IMG/VR virus record: IMGVR_UViG_3300046491_000313
Location: 3,684 to 67,683 of that record
Strand: one strand, 5' to 3'
Length of the DNA stretch: 64,000 nt
Origin: a virus
In this document: piece by piece, positions 9,784 to 19,690 of the stretch
How positions within the stretch are numbered: the first letter of the stretch is position 1
How the letters are laid out: each line of letters opens with the position of its first letter
Notes under the pieces: model-generated
The model's input: only the letters and a program-made list of their open reading frames with translations
Told to the model about the DNA's origin: nothing
Database searches by the model: none
Translations under genes and position numbers: made by a program

Positions 9784-10157
9784 TCCTCTTCTTCGATATC
9801 TAACACTCCGTCATTATGCTTTTCAGGCGAATAAATTTCTGCTAAATGTTCTTTTACAAGTAGTTCGTTGATATTCGTTTCACCATCGAAAAGTGTTCCT
9901 AACCAACGCTTGTAGTAATCTTTTCCTTGTAATTCGACTGTCACCGTTTTCCCTTCGATACGATCCTTTAACCATGCTTTCGTTTTCACACCCATAGGCG
10001 CTTCGACTCCATGAATTTCTGGAGCGTCAATTCCTACCATTCGAATGTTAAGCGTTTGGGAGAGCTTTGTTTCGAAAAACTCCCCGTACACTTCAACTTT
10101 AATCGTATCTCCATCGGTTACTTTTACTACTTTACCTTCATACTTCTGTGTTTTCAT
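9780..10157 (-). CDS. thermonuclease (SNase family), no signal peptide
   Basis: VVKVTDGDTI, IRMVGIDAPE, DYYKRWLG, NINELLVKE. Confidence 0.88.
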   Translation of the reverse strand: MKTQKYEGKVVKVTDGDTIKVEVYGEFFETKLSQTLNIRMVGIDAPEIHGVEAPMGVKTKAWLKDRIEGKTVTVELQGKDYYKRWLGTLFDGETNINELLVKEHLAEIYSPEKHNDGVLDIEEEE

Positions 10158-10175
10158 AGGTGTCTGTTCTCCTTT

Positions 10176-10424
10176 TTATTTAAAAATCTTTTTAAAAATA
10201 TTTGATTTAACGGATAATGGGTTTGTTTCTTTTGTAATTTCTACTCCGTTTTGAAAAATCGTTAATTCAATAATTTCGACAGACGGCATTAATTCTTTTA
10301 CTTGGTCTATTTCTTTGGAATCAAGGTGTAAAGCTTTTCCTAAATCAGTCGTAAAATCAATAGCTCCTGATAGGTAAAAAACATTTCGTACATACATATT
10401 GTCGATTTTCCCTACATAATGCAT
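10176..10424 (-). CDS. hypothetical protein
   Basis: ORF track. Confidence 0.55.
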   Translation of the reverse strand: MHYVGKIDNMYVRNVFYLSGAIDFTTDLGKALHLDSKEIDQVKELMPSVEIIELTIFQNGVEITKETNPLSVKSNIFKKIFK

Positions 10425-10428
10425 CGTT

Positions 10429-10731
10429 TTATTCCTCCTCGATCATTTCTAAAATCGCTTCAGCGGGCAAAAATCCCATGTGTCGTTTCTTTTCTTCGTT
10501 TTCTTTTACGAGAATTAGTTGAGGAACTTTCATAATACCGAATCGTTCAGCTAAATCGGTATGAACTTCTGCGTCCACTTTGATAATCGGAACATCTGTT
10601 CGTTCTTCGATCTCTTCAAGTTGAATCGTTAACGTTTTACATACACTACATGTTCGCGTATAAAAATCAAGAAGAACGCTTTCTCCGCTTTCTAATAACT
10701 CACGTAATTGCTCGCTCTTTAATTCAATCAT
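10429..10731 (-). CDS. thioredoxin
   Basis: LLDFYTRTCSVCK, IIKVD, FGIMKVP. Confidence 0.88.
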   Translation of the reverse strand: MIELKSEQLRELLESGESVLLDFYTRTCSVCKTLTIQLEEIEERTDVPIIKVDAEVHTDLAERFGIMKVPQLILVKENEEKKRHMGFLPAEAILEMIEEE

Positions 10732-10912
10732 TTGTTTTTCTCCAATCGTTAAAGTCATAAGTTGTTAATTCGTTATTTTCCAAAAAATCAATAATTTCAG
10801 CGATTTCTCTGTATGTGACGACAGTAGGTGAACACTCTTCTCCTACTCGAACACAAGGCACGTTTTTAATTAGATACTTCCCATATTTAACATCAATTAA
10901 GGTAATAGACAT
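10724..10912 (-). CDS. hypothetical protein (IKNVP motif; similar to 63118-63306)
   Basis: ORF track. Confidence 0.55.
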   Translation of the reverse strand: MSITLIDVKYGKYLIKNVPCVRVGEECSPTVVTYREIAEIIDFLENNELTTYDFNDWRKTND

Positions 10913-13095
10913 TAGTTAAACCACTCCTCTATAGTTACTCCTTCGCTCCATTTTTTCGGATAAATTTCAACGTCTGATTTTAATGGAACAGATAATCGAA
11001 TGCAGTTTTCAATTGTCGATTTAATTAGCAGTACTTGTTCTTTTGTAATCGTCTCAGGTACGTCAAAGATTAATTCGTCGTGAATTTGCAACAAGATATG
11101 AGCGTCAATAGACGGCAATACTTTTTGAAGTTCAACGATCGCTTTCTTTAATACGATACCTGCTGATGACTGAACGGGGAAGTTGTTACCTTGACGATAA
11201 ATTCCGTATCTTTCGTATTCGTTTGCTTTCTTTAGTTGCTCGTGAAAACGTCTTTTTCTACCGAACATATCCGTTGTATAACCGTTACGAGCGATTAACT
11301 CTTTGTTGTCTTCCATAAACTGCGCAATAGCGGGATACCCTTGGAAAAAGTTATCGATATACACTTGCGCTTCTGCTGACGTACATTCAAGCATTTCTGC
11401 AAGACCTTTCGCTCCAATTCCGTATAACACACCGAAGTTTAACGTTTTGGCAATCTTACGCCATTTCCATTCAGGCGTTCCTGCCGTGTCTTTAAACTGT
11501 TCGATTCGCTCATAAGGAATTCCACTAGCGGCTGAAGCTGTCGTACTATGAAGATCTCGTCCTGCATTAAAGGCGTCAATCATCGTTTGTTCACTTGCCA
11601 TAACCGATACAACACGAAGTTCGATTTGTGAAAGGTCCGCTCCGATTAAAATACGACCGTTATCTGCTTCGAATAGTTTTCGTATTTCATCACGTTTACT
11701 CGGAATTTGCTGAGTGTTTGGGTCTTTACACGTAAAACGTCCTGTTTTCGCCCCAAGTGTATTATGAGAAGGGTGAATCTTTCCGTCGAATTTTACTTCG
11801 TTAGGTAATTTAACTGTGAAAGATGTACGAAGTTTCGACAATTCCCTGAACTCTAAAATCATTGGAATAGACGGGTGTTCTGATTTAATTTTCTTTAACG
11901 TTTTAACGCCTGTACTTCCTTTATCAGGATTGTGTACACGAAGCTCTTCGAATAAAACTTTTGATAACTGAGCGGGACTTGAAAGGTTGATTTCTTTCCC
12001 TAACGCTTTGTAAATATCTTTTTCAAGTTGTTTTTCTTCTTGCTCTAGTTTCAAATCTAACGTTTTCGCTTCAGTTGAATTAAATCGAATACCACGTAAA
12101 TCAGCATAAATGAATTCTTTTAATACAGGAATTTCGACATCAAACGTTAAGTTTTTTAACGTTTCTAAATCTTCTCGTTTATTAAACCAATTCATGATCC
12201 ATTTATAAAGAGAAAGAGTAATAGCGGTATCTTTTCCTGCATAACAAAGGGCTACATCAAGCGGAATTTGATTAAACGGTGTTTTTCCGAACAGTTCATC
12301 GAAGTTATCCGAAGGAATACCTAACCAATCAGTCGCTAAATCTTTTAATCGATGGCTTCTTGTTTCGTCTAACATAAACGCCATCACACGCGTATCAGCT
12401 AAAAGATTCTTTACCATATCGATTCCGAAACGAACATGCATGAATTTACAATCAAAGGGAGCGTTATGAAAGATAAACGGTGTTTTCTCTAAATAAGGCT
12501 TTAAATGATGGATAATTCGTTTTTCTGTTAATTTTTCGAATCCTTCTCCGATATTTAATGACGTTTTTTCGGTATGACGTAGCGGGAGGTAAAAGTTGTA
12601 ATCCTCTGTTGAAATCGAGAACCCAGCGATAAACCCTTTCCAAGGATCAAGCGCGTCTTCTATATCCTCTTCTCCATACGTTTCTAAGTCGAAGGAAGCT
12701 AGTTCCGCTTTTTCTAATTCTTGCTTTAGAAGATCTAACGTTTGATTGTCTTTTACGAGAATGTAATTAGCTGGCGTTTTCTTTACCATTTCGGCTAACT
12801 TTTCTTCTCGCTGACTTTCCATTAACGTTTTGTATAATCGAAGCGCTTCTGCTTTTGAAAACTTCTTACCTACGAACGCATGTTCTCTTTTAATCTCGTT
12901 GTTTAACATAGCGGACTGAACTTCACGTAATCGTTCGGTGTCTTTTTCGGTGTTATTCATGCTGAAGATACGTTCCCAAGCTTCGGAGATTGTTTCGTTA
13001 GCGGCTTTCTTTTTTGAGGTAACGTCTTTTACTTTCTCGTTTACCATCTTTCGTTTGTCATCATCGTTATTCAAATTTAATCGTAGTTCTACCAC
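10912..13095 (-). CDS. polA: family A DNA polymerase (3'-5' exonuclease + polymerase)
   Basis: FDLET, HNAPFD, TGRFT..PNTQQIP, ADLSQIELR, AKTLNFGVLYG, QIHDEL. Confidence 0.95.
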   Translation of the reverse strand: MVELRLNLNNDDDKRKMVNEKVKDVTSKKKAANETISEAWERIFSMNNTEKDTERLREVQSAMLNNEIKREHAFVGKKFSKAEALRLYKTLMESQREEKLAEMVKKTPANYILVKDNQTLDLLKQELEKAELASFDLETYGEEDIEDALDPWKGFIAGFSISTEDYNFYLPLRHTEKTSLNIGEGFEKLTEKRIIHHLKPYLEKTPFIFHNAPFDCKFMHVRFGIDMVKNLLADTRVMAFMLDETRSHRLKDLATDWLGIPSDNFDELFGKTPFNQIPLDVALCYAGKDTAITLSLYKWIMNWFNKREDLETLKNLTFDVEIPVLKEFIYADLRGIRFNSTEAKTLDLKLEQEEKQLEKDIYKALGKEINLSSPAQLSKVLFEELRVHNPDKGSTGVKTLKKIKSEHPSIPMILEFRELSKLRTSFTVKLPNEVKFDGKIHPSHNTLGAKTGRFTCKDPNTQQIPSKRDEIRKLFEADNGRILIGADLSQIELRVVSVMASEQTMIDAFNAGRDLHSTTASAASGIPYERIEQFKDTAGTPEWKWRKIAKTLNFGVLYGIGAKGLAEMLECTSAEAQVYIDNFFQGYPAIAQFMEDNKELIARNGYTTDMFGRKRRFHEQLKKANEYERYGIYRQGNNFPVQSSAGIVLKKAIVELQKVLPSIDAHILLQIHDELIFDVPETITKEQVLLIKSTIENCIRLSVPLKSDVEIYPKKWSEGVTIEEWFN

Positions 13096-13103
13096 ACTCT
13101 CAC

Positions 13104-13481
13104 CTACTTAAAAGGTTTTAGCTTTTTCCATTTTGTTTCTGCTTCATGAGGCTTACTCCAATATTCCTGCTGTTGTTTCGTGTTATCGATCATGTACACT
13201 TCATCGTTATACACACCGATAATCACATCTGCCTCTTCTTTCGTATATGATTTACCGTTTCCTTTACGTGAAAAGACGACATAGTACGGGTGTTTCTTAT
13301 CTGTTCGTAGGAGAATCGTTTTCACTTGTCCTTTTAAAAAGAGACCTGTTTCACGATCTTCGATTACTAAATCGTGTGATTCTTCTACTAATGGACGCGA
13401 AACACTATACCCATTATTTAATAAAGCAGCACTTGCGATTAATTGCGATTGTTCCCCTGTAATAGACGTTTGACTCGCCAT
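13104..13481 (-). CDS. free-standing PD-(D/E)xK endonuclease (I-Ssp6803I-like)
   Basis: GE......ALL..GY.VS.P....HDLVI.....L.K.QVKT. Confidence 0.7.
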   Translation of the reverse strand: MASQTSITGEQSQLIASAALLNNGYSVSRPLVEESHDLVIEDRETGLFLKGQVKTILLRTDKKHPYYVVFSRKGNGKSYTKEEADVIIGVYNDEVYMIDNTKQQQEYWSKPHEAETKWKKLKPFK

Positions 13482-13531
13482 AATATCACTCCCATGATGT
13501 AAATAGAAGAGAGGACGAACCTCTCATTCTT

Positions 13532-14296
13532 TTAAAAATTATATTCGCCCTCTGTAAACACATCATCAATATCTTCATCAGTAATCGTTACTTCTTCTGT
13601 TTCCGCTGCAGGAGTCGGAGCAGGAGTTGAAGCAGGTTGACTTACTTTTAACACAGACGTATCCATTCCGTATTTCGTTAAGTCTTCGATTTGTTCTGAT
13701 TCATTTCGCATTGTAAACACTTTACCGAATGCGCTTTTATCGAATTCTTTTTCCGCTAATTTAGCGAAGTTCTCAGATTCACTTGATTTAAGGTCGTCCA
13801 TATCAACAATCGGATCTAACGAAACAATTGTGTTTTGACCTTTACCTGATTTCGAAATCTCAAACGCAAACTTTCCGTATTTACCATCATACTTACTAAT
13901 CGTTTTTAAAAGCATAGTCGCTTGTTTTTGCGTTACGTCGATGATAATTTCTTCACCTGTTGTTAAGTCGAAGAATCCGAACATATAACGTTCTTTTTTC
14001 TTTAACTCGTACCCTTTTTGACGAAGCTCTTCGCTTTTCTTTTCATCGCTTTCTTGTTTTGCTAATTCGTAGAAATGATTACTTGCTTGGCAATAAAGAT
14101 CGCCTTCACTGTGTACAGTCGTATAAAATTTACCGAATACGCTGTGACAGAAATACTGAGCGAATACTTGACGTCCTGGAATTTTCACGCGATAAACAGA
14201 TCCGTCTTTAAATTTCGCTAATAGCTTTGAATAATCTTTCTTTTCTGCAGTCATTGCTTCTTCGGCTGCTTGTCCTACTTTGATTTCGTAACTCAT
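13532..14296 (-). CDS. single-stranded DNA-binding protein (gp32-like)
   Basis: Position in replication module; acidic tail ending DDVFTEGEYNF; start moved to ATG 14296 after AGGAGTGA. Confidence 0.65.
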   Translation of the reverse strand: MSYEIKVGQAAEEAMTAEKKDYSKLLAKFKDGSVYRVKIPGRQVFAQYFCHSVFGKFYTTVHSEGDLYCQASNHFYELAKQESDEKKSEELRQKGYELKKKERYMFGFFDLTTGEEIIIDVTQKQATMLLKTISKYDGKYGKFAFEISKSGKGQNTIVSLDPIVDMDDLKSSESENFAKLAEKEFDKSAFGKVFTMRNESEQIEDLTKYGMDTSVLKVSQPASTPAPTPAAETEEVTITDEDIDDVFTEGEYNF

Positions 14297-14442
14297 AAAA
14301 TCACTCCTAATTAAATGTATAAAATCATACTCAAGGGTTTTCTCACCCATAACACAACACCAACGAACCGAGGGGATTCGGAAAAAGCGGGGGAGGGGTT
14401 CTATATAAATCGTTGATGTTGCGTTATCGAAGAGAAAGGGGA

Positions 14443-14820
14443 TTAAATCATAATCCCTAAACTCAACAATAATGCTTGATCGATTTGTTTCATTACTTCT
14501 TTGTTTTTCGATAAATCTCCGACTTTTTCTTTTAGGCGAATTTTGTCGGTTGTATGAATTTGCTCGAGTAAGATCGTGCTGTCTTCATATAAGTGACTAA
14601 CATCTCGTTTTAAATCGACATGCATCGGGTACGAAGAATCTTGACGCTGAGTTGATATAGCTGCGACAATCGTTGTCGGACTGTACGCGTTTCCTACATC
14701 GTTTTGAATAATGATTACAGGACGGTTTTTACACTGTTCAGAACCTGTACCTTTTTTAAATTCGCAGATATAAACTTCTCCACGTTTGATTTGTCTCGGT
14801 TTTGATTTTTGTTTTTTCAT
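14443..14820 (-). CDS. PemK/MazF-family endoribonuclease (orphan)
   Basis: KRGEVY, GSEQ..RPVIIIQNDVGNAYSPTTIVAAIS, DSTILLEQI.T.DK.RL. Confidence 0.9.
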   Translation of the reverse strand: MKKQKSKPRQIKRGEVYICEFKKGTGSEQCKNRPVIIIQNDVGNAYSPTTIVAAISTQRQDSSYPMHVDLKRDVSHLYEDSTILLEQIHTTDKIRLKEKVGDLSKNKEVMKQIDQALLLSLGIMI

Positions 14821-14872
14821 TATGTACTTCCTCCATTTAATAGTTTCATTGTTCGATAATCGGGTAAATGAA

Positions 14873-15568
14873 TTATAGATACGTTTCGATATCTCCGAAT
14901 TCAAGTACCGCTTCTTCATTATAGTAATCTTTTAATTTCATAATACGACGACGAGCGGTTGAGTTTGAAATCCCTAAACGATTAGCAACTTTCAAAATAT
15001 TCTTGTCACTACCGTCATCATTTAACCAGTTTTGAACGATTTTCGTTGTTATTTCATCGCCTGAGCATTCTACTAAATACGTAATAATCGCTCTTCTTGT
15101 ATCAGCGTTTGCATGTTTAACGAAAAGTTCTTCGTCACCTTTAACGGCTTGTCCTGAAAGTTTTGTAAGCGTATCTGTTTCGCTTGTGTCGTTATCTCCT
15201 TTTTTAGAAGAAACGGTATCAACTAATCCTACGCGTTTGCTTTTGCGATTATTATTTCGAAGTAAGTTTTTACGTAAATTTTTAGCAGCGTTAGAATACA
15301 TGTTAACGAAATCTCCGCCTCTAAACTTTTTAATTACGTTCATAAACGTATCGGCGTATAATGCTTCTACGTCCCATTGATCAGCTAGTAATCCTTGTGC
15401 TGTTAGGTGGTAATCGCGTTTTAATGTGTTGTGAATAAGTATGTAAAGTTCGTTTTGAAGTTCTTCTTTTCTTTCTGGTAAAGTCGTTTCTGAAATAATT
15501 TCTTCTGCCATTGGATTGATGATCCCTTTTAATTTTGTTAATTTATTACTCAAAATTGTTACCCCCAT
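14873..15568 (-). CDS. phage sigma-70-like factor
   Basis: Region-2-like D.EAL..DTF...I.KF...DF and C-terminal HTH ILKVANRLGISNSTARRRI. Confidence 0.6.
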   Translation of the reverse strand: MGVTILSNKLTKLKGIINPMAEEIISETTLPERKEELQNELYILIHNTLKRDYHLTAQGLLADQWDVEALYADTFMNVIKKFRGGDFVNMYSNAAKNLRKNLLRNNNRKSKRVGLVDTVSSKKGDNDTSETDTLTKLSGQAVKGDEELFVKHANADTRRAIITYLVECSGDEITTKIVQNWLNDDGSDKNILKVANRLGISNSTARRRIMKLKDYYNEEAVLEFGDIETYL

Positions 15569-15752
15569 AAAGTTGTTTTAATTTATTTTCTCTTTCTATG
15601 TTTTTATTTTATAACTTTCGTCAACAAATGTAAATAAGGTTTGAAAGCTAAAATAAAAAATATTTTTTTATTTTTCAAGAGAGGAGAAGGGCTCAAGAGA
15701 GGAGTGAATTGAGTGTGGTTTTTATTTGTTCTATTTAGCAGCCCTTCTAATA

Positions 15753-15783
15753 TACTAAACACCACACTTGCCAAAATTATTCA
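15753..15783 (-). promoter_or_regulatory. putative phage-sigma promoter, copy 2 (upstream of sigma gene)
   Basis: TGAATAA-N13-GGTGTTTAGTA. Confidence 0.75.
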
Positions 15784-15784
15784 C

Positions 15785-16741
15785 TTAAAATGAAATTTTT
15801 TCTACTTTTTTTGAAGAAGTGATAATTTTCTTTATTTCTTCTTTGTTCCGCACATCGTTCATATCTTTATACGGTTTTGGAATGGTTGTCGAATATAATG
15901 TTTTGTATAAAGAAAGTTTTTGAATTAATTGGCGTTTAATTTTGTTTCCTGTCTCATCGTTATCCGTTGCGATATAAAAACGTTCAACAGGCGACTTAAT
16001 TAATAACTCCGCTTTACGGTTAGAAAGACTCGCTCCTCCGATAGCAATCGAAGGGATCCCGTGTGTCATTAACGTCATGCTATCGATTTCAGCTTCTGTA
16101 ATAACGGCATAATCGCATCTTCTCTTATTAATAATATTTAATCCCCAAATCATATCACGTATAGGAATTCCGTTTTTCGCATACCAAAATTGTTTTGTTT
16201 TTGTTTTACGATATTTACAGTTTGCGAAGTTTCCATTTACATCGAACCAAGGAATCAAAATACAATCCGTTTTCTCGTTGTAGCGGATCTGACAAAGAGA
16301 TTGAACGCTTTCCGATACACCTCTACTAGAAAGGTATGTCGGATCAAAAATATTCTCCTCTAATAATGTATTGTCGAGAAAATGGTGTTTTCCTTCTTCA
16401 ACAAAGTCTAAACTTAGTGTTAATTTTTGGTAGCCAACATCTCCTCCGTAAACCGTTAACAGATAATCTTCCGATTCTTCTACGCTTTCATTACGAAGAA
16501 AAGCAAGCAATTGAGCGAAAGAACCGCTTGCATATTCGTCATCTATCGCTGAACTATCTCCCCAAACGCCTTCATCATACCCATCTTCTGCGATTAATCG
16601 ACAAAAGAACGAAGGGTGATGATCTAATTTAAACGGTGAGGAAGCGATTAATTTATTGCTCGTCCAGTTTGGGCGCTGCCAATCGAAGTTTTCTAATTCG
16701 GTTTTTACATCTACGGTAATTTCTTGTCCTCTAATTCGCAT
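15785..16741 (-). CDS. DNA primase (Toprim)
   Basis: ITEAEIDSMT, ATDNDETG, KDMND motifs. Confidence 0.88.
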   Translation of the reverse strand: MRIRGQEITVDVKTELENFDWQRPNWTSNKLIASSPFKLDHHPSFFCRLIAEDGYDEGVWGDSSAIDDEYASGSFAQLLAFLRNESVEESEDYLLTVYGGDVGYQKLTLSLDFVEEGKHHFLDNTLLEENIFDPTYLSSRGVSESVQSLCQIRYNEKTDCILIPWFDVNGNFANCKYRKTKTKQFWYAKNGIPIRDMIWGLNIINKRRCDYAVITEAEIDSMTLMTHGIPSIAIGGASLSNRKAELLIKSPVERFYIATDNDETGNKIKRQLIQKLSLYKTLYSTTIPKPYKDMNDVRNKEEIKKIITSSKKVEKISF

Positions 16742-16750
16742 AGTAGCCTC

Positions 16751-18106
16751 CTAGAATATTTCGTTAAATTGATTTTCTCGTTTTACTTCTGCAGACGGTT
16801 CCGTTACGATTCCATAAGACGGGTGGTAAATTACTTCCACGCGAATATTTTCACTAGAAGAAGAACGCGATTTGTTTATCTCAATCGCACCTAATCCATC
16901 TGCTGTATCAATTGCAAATAATTGGGAGCAATCTTCTAGTAGTGCTTTTGTTTTCTTTACTTCCGCACGTTCAGGTACTTGAATACTACGTTTTAATTCT
17001 TCTTGCTTTTTCTCCGACTTCACTTCGTCTGCTTGTGTAATCGCGAAAATAACTGTTTTTGTTTTTCCTGCTAATGCGCGAAGTCTTGAACTTGTAGCTG
17101 CTGCGTCTCCTCCGACTGTTCTCGATGTATTTTTTTCGTAGTGTAAATAATAAAATGGATCCACGACAACAACATCAGCTTTCGTTTCTTCAATGTCTCG
17201 CTCTAGTTCGTCTAAATCACGTTTTGAAAAATCTTCGTGATCAACACTTCGTACGATAATGTTTCCTGGAATCACGTCGTTAATGTTTTCGAGGAAATCA
17301 CGGAACCCTTCTTCGAATTGAGGAGGAAGATTACCCATCGATAAATCTTTTGTTGCAAAACCCGCTTCCATATCGATACCGTCGATTTTCGCAATTACTT
17401 TTCCTAATTTAGCGGATACCATTGAATACATACGTACGAATACTTCGAACCAACTCATTTCCATCGCCCAGATTAAAACAGTTGCTCCTTGGAAGGCTGC
17501 TTCTACTGATTCTCTTAACGTGAAAACAGATTTACCTCGTCCTGAACGCCCGTAATACACATACATATTTCCGCTAAAATAACCACCTAGTTCATCATTA
17601 ATCGTTTTAAATGCACTCTTCCATAAACGAAAACTTTCGCCTTTTTTACGACGATCATATTCCGATAAGAAAGCTTGCGTACCTGACTTCATTGAAATAC
17701 CAACCGTTTTACGTGAATCATTTGAGCGAATGATTGAATCTAAATTATCGATAACCCATTTCGCATAATCTAATCCTTCGCTATCACTTCCGTTAAAACG
17801 AGGTACAGCTTCTTGTTGAAGGAAGTTTCGAATTTGAATGCGTGCTGCATAATTTTTCAGTTCTCCTGATAAGTATTCAAGGCTATCCGTTACGTTTTCA
17901 AAATAGGTAAAGGAAGGGTAAGCCCCGACAACTGTACGAATGTCGGGAGCATTTCCTTTGTTAGTTTCTGCGTACTCTTTAATAAACGAATATACGTTCT
18001 GTTCGATCGATGTTGGAAAGTGTTCTTTTTCGATACCAAAACGTCGTAGCGCTGGTGCATCGTTATTATCACAAACTTTAGAAAGAATCATTTCGCCATA
18101 ATTCAT
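16751..18106 (-). CDS. DnaB-like replicative helicase
   Basis: GRSGRGKS, WAMEM, VVVDPFY, FAITQ. Confidence 0.9.
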   Translation of the reverse strand: MNYGEMILSKVCDNNDAPALRRFGIEKEHFPTSIEQNVYSFIKEYAETNKGNAPDIRTVVGAYPSFTYFENVTDSLEYLSGELKNYAARIQIRNFLQQEAVPRFNGSDSEGLDYAKWVIDNLDSIIRSNDSRKTVGISMKSGTQAFLSEYDRRKKGESFRLWKSAFKTINDELGGYFSGNMYVYYGRSGRGKSVFTLRESVEAAFQGATVLIWAMEMSWFEVFVRMYSMVSAKLGKVIAKIDGIDMEAGFATKDLSMGNLPPQFEEGFRDFLENINDVIPGNIIVRSVDHEDFSKRDLDELERDIEETKADVVVVDPFYYLHYEKNTSRTVGGDAAATSSRLRALAGKTKTVIFAITQADEVKSEKKQEELKRSIQVPERAEVKKTKALLEDCSQLFAIDTADGLGAIEINKSRSSSSENIRVEVIYHPSYGIVTEPSAEVKRENQFNEIF

Positions 18107-18726
18107 TATTCTTTTCCCCCATTTAAAAGCTTTAATTGTTCGATTGCTTCTTCGGCTAATTGCAGATATCCTTCATCTTTCGTTGTTTCGTAAAGGAATT
18201 TTGCGGTGTTGTATGAATCGAGAAGTGTGTTTACATCTTGCATATTTAGTTCTCGCTCAATCTCTTCAATGTGTTCGATGAAGAACCATTCTGCGTCATC
18301 TTCATCTGCTACTAAAATAACATTCTCTTGATTTACCATTTTCTCTTCTTCCGAACCAGCTTTTTGTATGCGGTAAGAGATTTGTGCCGTTTGTTCATTT
18401 CGAATATGAGACATAAATGTTGTTAATTGACAACCAACAATCACCCAATACCCTTTTTCATCTTGTACTTCGATAATGGATCCTTCTGAATAAAGTTGTT
18501 CAACTTCAATCGAAATAATATCCTCATCTTTTACATCAGTTAAAAAGTCTTCTTCATCAAAATCATCTGCAAGCGCTAAGCAATTAAGCGGCACATACCC
18601 TAAGTCTTCCGTTTCAAGGTGAAGGATCTCGGCTACTTCTTCAATAATTCCTGTAATTTCGTAAGGACCATCTACAAATTCTCCGTCATAATTTACAATG
18701 TTTACGATATCTCCGATTTTTAACAT
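18106..18726 (-). CDS. acidic hypothetical protein
   Basis: ORF track, translationally coupled. Confidence 0.65.
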   Translation of the reverse strand: MLKIGDIVNIVNYDGEFVDGPYEITGIIEEVAEILHLETEDLGYVPLNCLALADDFDEEDFLTDVKDEDIISIEVEQLYSEGSIIEVQDEKGYWVIVGCQLTTFMSHIRNEQTAQISYRIQKAGSEEEKMVNQENVILVADEDDAEWFFIEHIEEIERELNMQDVNTLLDSYNTAKFLYETTKDEGYLQLAEEAIEQLKLLNGGKE

Positions 18727-19493
18727 TATCTCATTCCCCTTTGTGAGTTTCCTTCGAAATCTAATTCTAATGTTTGGTCTCGCATTCTATCGAACAAACG
18801 TTCTTCTCCGAATACTTCAGGCAAACGACTGATCGGAATGTTACTTGTATAAACTGTAGGCATACAGTTGTTAACGCGGTGATTAATTAACGAGTGTAAA
18901 TCTCCTCGATGACCTTCCGTAATCGTACGAACTGCCACATCATCTAATACGAGAAAAGGAACGGTTTCAGCGATCTTTTTCATATTGTAGTATTTTTCCC
19001 ACGCGTCTTCTGCAATTTCTTTCGGTACATTTTGACGAGTCGCTTCGTTGTAAATCGTCTGCCATTCATTCGCATCTAAAAAATAAGCAGGAAAGTGGTG
19101 AGGCGTTTCTCCTTTTTTAGACGCATTGATAAATGACTTTACGATATACGTATTTAAAATCGCTGAAGCGGTTGATGTTTTTCCAGTACCTGGGTTTTCG
19201 GAATAAAGATAAAGCGATAACTGCTCGTCCTTTAAATCACGTGGTTCGAACAATCGCTTTAAATACTTGTCAATGACTCTGTACGCGTTTTCTTGGCGTT
19301 GCCTTACGTTGGTATTCGCAGTCGTAGAAAGGCGGTGAGAACGAGGCGTATTGCCTGTACCGACCCTTCCCGTATCTCCACTAACACCATGCATCTGAAT
19401 AAACGAAAAACATAGTCGATTACACGTTCCTTCTTGTCCTGCAAAATTACATGCTCCGTGTCCTAAAATACAGTTCTTTTCATTTGTCGCCAT
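18726..19493 (-). CDS. DnaC/IstB-like helicase loader ATPase
   Basis: PGTGKTS, LVLDDVA, PTVYTSN, RLFDRM. Confidence 0.88.
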   Translation of the reverse strand: MATNEKNCILGHGACNFAGQEGTCNRLCFSFIQMHGVSGDTGRVGTGNTPRSHRLSTTANTNVRQRQENAYRVIDKYLKRLFEPRDLKDEQLSLYLYSENPGTGKTSTASAILNTYIVKSFINASKKGETPHHFPAYFLDANEWQTIYNEATRQNVPKEIAEDAWEKYYNMKKIAETVPFLVLDDVAVRTITEGHRGDLHSLINHRVNNCMPTVYTSNIPISRLPEVFGEERLFDRMRDQTLELDFEGNSQRGMR

Positions 19494-19504
19494 ATCACGT
19501 CCTC

Positions 19505-19690
19505 CTAGTTCTTTTCGATAATTAATAAGCTGTTTACACCTGACGGATTTACACTGTTTCGATAAAGGTATTCTTTTAGCTGATTTTCGTCAATACGAAA
19601 AGGTGTATCTCCTGTACGACTTTTTTGTACTGTGATAATACCGTTTTCAATTTCAATAACTGTTGATACGTATTCCCAATATTTTTTCAT
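19505..19690 (-). CDS. hypothetical protein
   Basis: ORF track. Confidence 0.55.
   Translation of the reverse strand: MKKYWEYVSTVIEIENGIITVQKSRTGDTPFRIDENQLKEYLYRNSVNPSGVNSLLIIEKN

Noticed and set aside
10912-18106. Inteins or introns in polA, helicase or primase (also terL and nrdB)
   Set aside because: ORFs are continuous, of normal length, with no intein termini seen
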